Assembly: GCA_038237235.1 (NCBI GenBank)
Contig: JBBRYW010000002.1
Span: 12,998 to 76,997 of the forward strand
Length of the DNA: 64,000 bases
Direction: 5' to 3'
Source: Gaiellales bacterium
Lineage (GTDB): Bacteria > Actinomycetota > Thermoleophilia > Gaiellales > Gaiellaceae
The notes beneath the pieces were generated by a model that was given only the letters and a program-made list of their open reading frames with translations, had not been told where the DNA came from and did no database searches. Both the position numbers and the translations under genes were made by a program. Positions 60,006 to 64,000 of the stretch are shown piece by piece. The number at the start of each line of letters is the position of its first letter. Within the stretch, counting starts at the first letter, position 1.

Positions 60006-60037
60006 GCAGACGCTCTAGCCAACTGAGCTACATCCGC
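59964..60037 (-). tRNA. tRNA-Gly (anticodon GCC)
   Basis: The reverse complement is GCGGATG-TA-GCTC-AGTTGGCTA-GAGC-G-TCTGC-TTGCCAT-GCAGA-AGGTC-GAGGG-TTCGAGT-CCCTT-CATCCGC-T. The cloverleaf is complete. Confidence 0.9.
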
Positions 60038-60330
60038 CGGGCGCGGCCAGTATAGCCGGCGCGCGACGCAAATCGAGGCACAGTCCGCGCGGCCTGTGCG
60101 CCTGGCGGTGCAGCTTGGTTACGCGCTCTGCTCGGCCAGGCAGTACTCGACGAGCGCCCCGAGTGCCCTTGCCGCGCATCCAACGCCACCCGCGCTCAAC
60201 CTAGCTTCTGGCTGGCCCTGCCGCCCGGGCTCTCTAGCGTGCCGATCACCTCGCTCCCCGACCGCAGCTCGAGGCGACGGCGATCGACTTTGGCGAGCTC
60301 GAGGGTCTCACCCACGCGCACCAGCTCAAC

Positions 60331-60744
60331 CTACCGCCGCGGCGAGCTCGCCGCGTCCAGAGCCTCGTTGACGAGCCGGTCGGCGAGCTCGTTGTGCTCG
60401 CGGCGAACCGCCCGGTAGGTCACGCGGCCGATCTGCCGCGCGACCGCGGCTGCTGCGAGCGAGAGAGCGCGAAGCGCTTCGTTTCTCACCCGGTATTCGC
60501 CTCGCATCTGCTTCACGATCAGCTCCGAGTCGGAGACGACCTCGAGCTCCGTGACGCCGAGCTCGCGTGCCCGCTCGAGTCCGGCCACGAGCCCGCGGTA
60601 CTCGGCGACGTTGTTCGTGGCCGTACCGATCGCCTCACCCTGCGCCGCCAGGACGTGGCCGTCGTCGGCTTCGAGTACGAAGGCGAACGCGGCCGGCCCT
60701 GGGTTGCCGCGCGCGCCGCCGTCGGTGGAGAGACGCGCCCTCAC
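60331..60744 (-). CDS. rnhA: Ribonuclease H (RNase HI family)
   Basis: DGGARGNPGPAAFAFVL...ATNNVAEYRGLVAGLE...LEVVSDSELIVKQM...REHNELADRLVNEAL carries the DEDD residues. Confidence 0.85.
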   Translation of the reverse strand: MRARLSTDGGARGNPGPAAFAFVLEADDGHVLAAQGEAIGTATNNVAEYRGLVAGLERARELGVTELEVVSDSELIVKQMRGEYRVRNEALRALSLAAAAVARQIGRVTYRAVRREHNELADRLVNEALDAASSPRR

Positions 60745-61061
60745 TCCACCGGCTCGGCCAGCACGTAGAGGTCGAACGCAGGCTCCTCGTACGGATGCGC
60801 TCCGCGGAGGGCGCCCACGATCTCCGCTTCGCGCTCGACCGGGTAGACGGTCTCGAGCCGCAGCTCGGGAACGCGCTCCTCGCGGCCGGCCATGCCAACA
60901 GCCGGCGACGCGCCTTCACCGCCGAGGAAGGTGCCCGTCCCCTTGGCATACCAGGAGCAGCGCTCGTACCCGCCGATCCGGCCGGCACCTGCCGCGAAGA
61001 GCGCCGAGCGGACGCCCTCGAGTGCGCCCGCCGGCACGAAGACGACGAGCTTTCGGTTCAC
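60741..61061 (-). CDS. Stand-alone NIF3/YqfO-insert-like (PII-fold) domain protein
   Basis: 106 aa with KLVVFVPAGALEGVRSALFAAGAGRIGGYERCSWYAKGTGTF...HPYEEPAFDLYVL. Confidence 0.55.
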   Translation of the reverse strand: MNRKLVVFVPAGALEGVRSALFAAGAGRIGGYERCSWYAKGTGTFLGGEGASPAVGMAGREERVPELRLETVYPVEREAEIVGALRGAHPYEEPAFDLYVLAEPVE

Positions 61062-61096
61062 GTTTTGGCACCACTCCGCGCGGGAATCGGATCACC

Positions 61097-61474
61097 GTGC
61101 CGAAGCTCGAGGTCCAGCCAAGGAAAACGCCCGAGGAGCGGGACGACGCGCTTGTCTCGGTCGAGGTCGATGAGGCTCTCGCGGGCAACGCCGAGATCGT
61201 CGAGGACTGGGTCGCGCCACGCCAGAACTGGGAGTTTGTGCTGCGTGAAGGTCACGACTTCGGCCGGGAGAACAACGTCGAGGGCCGCATCCTCTTCGCG
61301 GCAGGCGAGCAGACGTCCTCGTTCTCTTTCCGGCTCGACCAGCTGGACGCCGCGCTCGACACGGGCGACCAGCTGCTGCTGCGCTTCGAGGAGCGCGACG
61401 GCATCGCCAAGGTCGCCTACCTGAGCGAGAACGGGCTGGACGTCGAGCTGTTCCACATCCTCACCTTTACATAA
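61097..61474 (+). CDS. Hypothetical acidic protein
   Basis: The GTG at 61097 opens 125 aa (VSVEVDEALAGNAEIVEDWVAPRQNWEFVLREGHDFGRENNVEGRILF...). The antisense ORF 61058-61456 looks like a shadow frame. Confidence 0.4.
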   Translation: MPKLEVQPRKTPEERDDALVSVEVDEALAGNAEIVEDWVAPRQNWEFVLREGHDFGRENNVEGRILFAAGEQTSSFSFRLDQLDAALDTGDQLLLRFEERDGIAKVAYLSENGLDVELFHILTFT

Positions 61475-61495
61475 GCAAGCGTTTGGAAGCGGCGG

Positions 61496-62428
61496 TCACC
61501 GGCCACGCTCTCGTGACTCGCGCCACACGACAAACGCGACCGCCGCCACGATCACGACTGTCGCAAGGAGAACCGTAAGGGTCAGCTCCTCCGAGAGGAT
61601 CGCCCAACCGAGGACGACGGCGACGAGTGGATTGACGTAGGCGTAGGTCGCGACGGTGGAGAGCGGCGCATTCTGCAGCAACCAGACGTAGGCGGTGAAA
61701 GCGAGCAGGGAGCCGATGAAGATCAGGTAGGCGAGCGCGAGGAGCGAGCGGCTGGAGAAGCTGGAGACGTGGAACCTCGACCCCTCTCCGGCCGCGAGCC
61801 CCGAGGCGAGCATGATCGCGCCTGCAGTGATCATCTGGGCCGCTGTCGACACGAACGGATCGGCGGGCAGGCGAACCCGGGTCGACGCGAACGAGCCCGA
61901 CGCCCAGAGCGAGGCCGCGATGACGAGCAAGAGCAAGCCCCAGAGCGGCGCAGAGCCTGGCCGGTCTCCAGGCAGGACGAGGATCGCCACCCCGCAGAAC
62001 CCGACCGCGACGCCGCCGAGGGTCGCGCCTCCGATCCGCTCTCGCGCCGCAAGCCGCAGCAGGATGACCCAGAGCGGGATCGACGCGAAGATGAGTGCGG
62101 CGAGACCCGACGGAACGTCCTGCTCGGCCACCGACACGAGGCCGTTGCCCCCGAGCAGTAGGAGCGTCCCGACGACGGCCGCGCCCAGCAGCTCGCCACC
62201 GGAGATCGGAAGCAGGACCCGCCGGCGACGGAGAGCGAGCAGCACGTAGAAGATCGCGCCCGCCAGGAAGAAACGGGCGCCGGCGCCGAGAAGCGGGGGC
62301 ATCGTCTCGACCATGATGCGAATCGCCAGGTAGGTCGAGCCCCAGACGAGGTAGACCGTCCACAGGGCGAGCCAGAAGAGTCCGGAGCGGGCGTGAGCCG
62401 CCGGGCGTGGAAGCGCGACGACCCGCAC
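61496..62428 (-). CDS. EamA/DMT-family transporter
   Basis: Ten TM helices with LFWLALWTVYLVWGSTYLAIR. The GTG at 62428 lies just after the upstream TAA. Confidence 0.8.
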   Translation of the reverse strand: MRVVALPRPAAHARSGLFWLALWTVYLVWGSTYLAIRIMVETMPPLLGAGARFFLAGAIFYVLLALRRRRVLLPISGGELLGAAVVGTLLLLGGNGLVSVAEQDVPSGLAALIFASIPLWVILLRLAARERIGGATLGGVAVGFCGVAILVLPGDRPGSAPLWGLLLLVIAASLWASGSFASTRVRLPADPFVSTAAQMITAGAIMLASGLAAGEGSRFHVSSFSSRSLLALAYLIFIGSLLAFTAYVWLLQNAPLSTVATYAYVNPLVAVVLGWAILSEELTLTVLLATVVIVAAVAFVVWRESRERGR

Positions 62429-62429
62429 C

Positions 62430-63182
62430 TTACAACTCGTACCGCAGCCCGTCTCGGCCGACCTCGGAGGCGGCGAATCGCCCGCGCGCAAAGCGGAGCA
62501 GCTCCGCGTCGTCGCGCTGCCGCGGGTTGATATGGATCAGGCAGAGCTGCTCGACGCCGGCGGCCGCCGCGATCCGTCCCGCCTCGCCGGCGGCGCTGTG
62601 TCCCTCGTCATCCGTGCGGTCGGCGGCGACGAACGCCTCGTGGAGGAGCAGCGGCGCGCCGACAGCGAAGGCCGCGTTCCCCTCGTCGTAGGCCGTGTCC
62701 GTGCAGTAGGCGAGGCGGCCGTCGACCGAGAGGGCGAGCGTCGGGTCGGGATGGCGGTTCTGCACCCGCCCCTGCAAACGAAAGCGGCCGACGGGGACTT
62801 CCGCGACGGCGAGCTCGTGCACCTCGGCGACGTACTGTTCGAGGTCTGAGGGGCGGCGCAACAGGAAAGGCGGGCCGAGCAGCCGCTCGAGCAGATCGAC
62901 TGCAGGGGCTCCGCCGAGCAACGCTCCTGGCGCCCAGACGTGCGGTCGCACCGGCAGCGCCGGCAGGAAGAGAAGCCCCATCACGTGGTCGAGGTGGAAG
63001 TGCGTCAGCACGATGTCGACCCGCCGCACGCCGTCCAGGAGGGTCGCGTCGGTGACGAGCCGTCGAAGCCCGGTTCCCGCGTCGATCAGCAGGACATCGT
63101 CATCCCGGCGCACGTAGAGGCAGCATGTCTCGCGCTCCCCGGTGGGGACGAACCCGCCGCTGCCCAGCAGCCGCACCTCCAT
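62430..63182 (-). CDS. MBL-fold metallo-hydrolase
   Basis: 250 aa with LTHFHLDHVMGL, LLIDAGTG and CTDTAY. Confidence 0.85.
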   Translation of the reverse strand: MEVRLLGSGGFVPTGERETCCLYVRRDDDVLLIDAGTGLRRLVTDATLLDGVRRVDIVLTHFHLDHVMGLLFLPALPVRPHVWAPGALLGGAPAVDLLERLLGPPFLLRRPSDLEQYVAEVHELAVAEVPVGRFRLQGRVQNRHPDPTLALSVDGRLAYCTDTAYDEGNAAFAVGAPLLLHEAFVAADRTDDEGHSAAGEAGRIAAAAGVEQLCLIHINPRQRDDAELLRFARGRFAASEVGRDGLRYEL

Positions 63183-63799
63183 CTTCGGGCCCGTGGCCGC
63201 CCGTCGACCCGGCGTATCCAGGCCTCGATCCGCGAGTGATCGCTCCGGAGCACGAGGAACTCTCGTAAGATGTCGTGAAACGGCTCGTCGTCGGACTGGT
63301 TGCGGTCGAGCGCGTACTTCAGGAACGGAAAGGCCGCACAGTCGGCGGCCGAGAGCACGCCGAAGAGGTAGTCCCTCCCGTCGAGCAGGCGCTCGAAGCG
63401 ATCGAGCGTGTCGGCCAGCTCACGACCGAGCACCGCGACCCGGTCCTCGTCCACGTCGTGCTTCGTCCGCTCGGCCTCGATCTCGTTCGGGGGCCACTTC
63501 CACACCCGGTCGAACCAGTCGAGGAAGACATCGAGCTCGGCCCGACGCGCCTGGTGGCGGGGAAAGAGGGGCGGCTCCGGAAAGCGCTCCTCGAGGAAGC
63601 GGAGGATCGCGGTCGAGTCGGCGAGGACGTGCCCGTCCTCGACGAGCACGGGAACGAGATCCTGTCCGCTCAGGTCGTGCACGACCCGCCGATCGATGGG
63701 ATCGACCTCGACCCATTCCACCTCGGCGTGCTTGTGGGCGAGCGCGAGGGCCACCCGCTCGACGTTGGTCGAGTAGGGAATCCGGAAGACGCGGATCAC
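63086..63799 (-). CDS. Glutathione S-transferase family protein
   Basis: The GTG is at 63799. The N-terminal thioredoxin-like domain is FRIPYSTNVERVALAL...VPVLVEDGHVLADSTAILRFLEERFP, followed by a helical C-domain. The last about 30 codons overlap the MBL start and are Arg/Cys-rich. Confidence 0.75.
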   Translation of the reverse strand: MIRVFRIPYSTNVERVALALAHKHAEVEWVEVDPIDRRVVHDLSGQDLVPVLVEDGHVLADSTAILRFLEERFPEPPLFPRHQARRAELDVFLDWFDRVWKWPPNEIEAERTKHDVDEDRVAVLGRELADTLDRFERLLDGRDYLFGVLSAADCAAFPFLKYALDRNQSDDEPFHDILREFLVLRSDHSRIEAWIRRVDGRPRARRWRCGCWAAAGSSPPGSARHAASTCAGMTMSC

Positions 63800-64000
63800 T
63801 ACTCGACCGTGTCGATCTGGGCTCTTTGCAGCCTGCCGGAGTAGTCGACGTAGATCGACTTCCACTCAGTGAAGACGTCGAGCGCAGCCTGCCCGGCTTC
63901 CCGATGGCCGTTGCCGGTGTCCTTCGTCCCGCCGAACGGCAGGTGCACCTCGGCGCCGATCGTTCCGGCGTTCACGTACGTGATGCCCGTGTCGAGATCC
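63799..64000 (-). CDS. 3' end of an aldehyde dehydrogenase family protein (partial)
   Basis: ...[61 protein letters not shown], then TAG at 63799-63801. Confidence 0.7.
   Translation of the reverse strand, partial: DLDTGITYVNAGTIGAEVHLPFGGTKDTGNGHREAGQAALDVFTEWKSIYVDYSGRLQRAQIDTVE

Noticed and set aside
1-64000. rRNA genes, transposase/IS elements, CRISPR arrays, prophage structural genes
   Set aside because: I found no transposase-like ORFs or terminal inverted repeats, no rRNA-like conserved stretches and no repeat-spacer arrays. The only faint phage-like hint (EVSLVSRP, prohead-protease-like) is a single short motif in a doubtful ORF.

Overview
Visibly GC-rich, actinobacterial-type chromosome segment, read by eye from the ORF track with no searches run.

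**Layout**
- **1-12.2 kb, core genes:** gatCAB, a cold-shock gene, folD, a diiron-protein/HMG-CoA-reductase-like pair, a beta-propeller/RTX protein, a secreted HExxH protease and an FAD oxidoreductase.
- **12.46 kb and 59.96 kb:** tRNA-Cys(GCA) and an intact tRNA-Gly(GCC), about 47 kb apart. Everything between them looks accessory.
- **Island boundaries:** the last 44 bp of tRNA-Gly occur three times as direct repeats, at 15690, 41542 and 59962.
- **12.5-15.7 kb:** a patch of truncated or frameshifted gene remnants.
- **Island 1, 15.7-41.5 kb, no integrase:** a metal/redox cargo. It carries a mer-like operon with an ArsR-type regulator, merA and two further flavoprotein disulfide reductases. 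It also carries CcdA/thioredoxin-fold proteins, two ECF sigma/anti-sigma pairs, copper-binding proteins, a Mo-oxidoreductase/cytochrome b pair and ABC-2 export genes. A radical-SAM/methyltransferase/CDP-alcohol-phosphatidyltransferase trio sits in it as well.
- **Island 2, 41.6-60.0 kb:** a discrete integrative, probably mobilizable, element with tyrosine integrase, excisionase and a MobF-type relaxase-helicase.
- **60-64 kb, core genes again:** RNase H, an EamA transporter, an MBL-fold hydrolase, GST and the end of an aldehyde dehydrogenase.

**Main finding:** island 2 carries a translationally coupled Ubl-E2-JAB-E1 operon at 46502-49339. It is a bacterial ubiquitin-like conjugation system of the bilABCD type. 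A divergent two-gene unit with a wHTH protein and a symmetric operator-like intergenic region are linked to it.

**Second finding in island 2:** a Tat-signal peptide with 12 cysteines sits next to MauE-like and thioredoxin-fold genes and a PadR/MacB-type ABC module.

**Caveat:** several accessory genes carry frameshifts, some at homopolymer runs, and one carries an in-frame TGA at a CxxC cysteine. I cannot distinguish real decay from assembly indels using the sequence alone.
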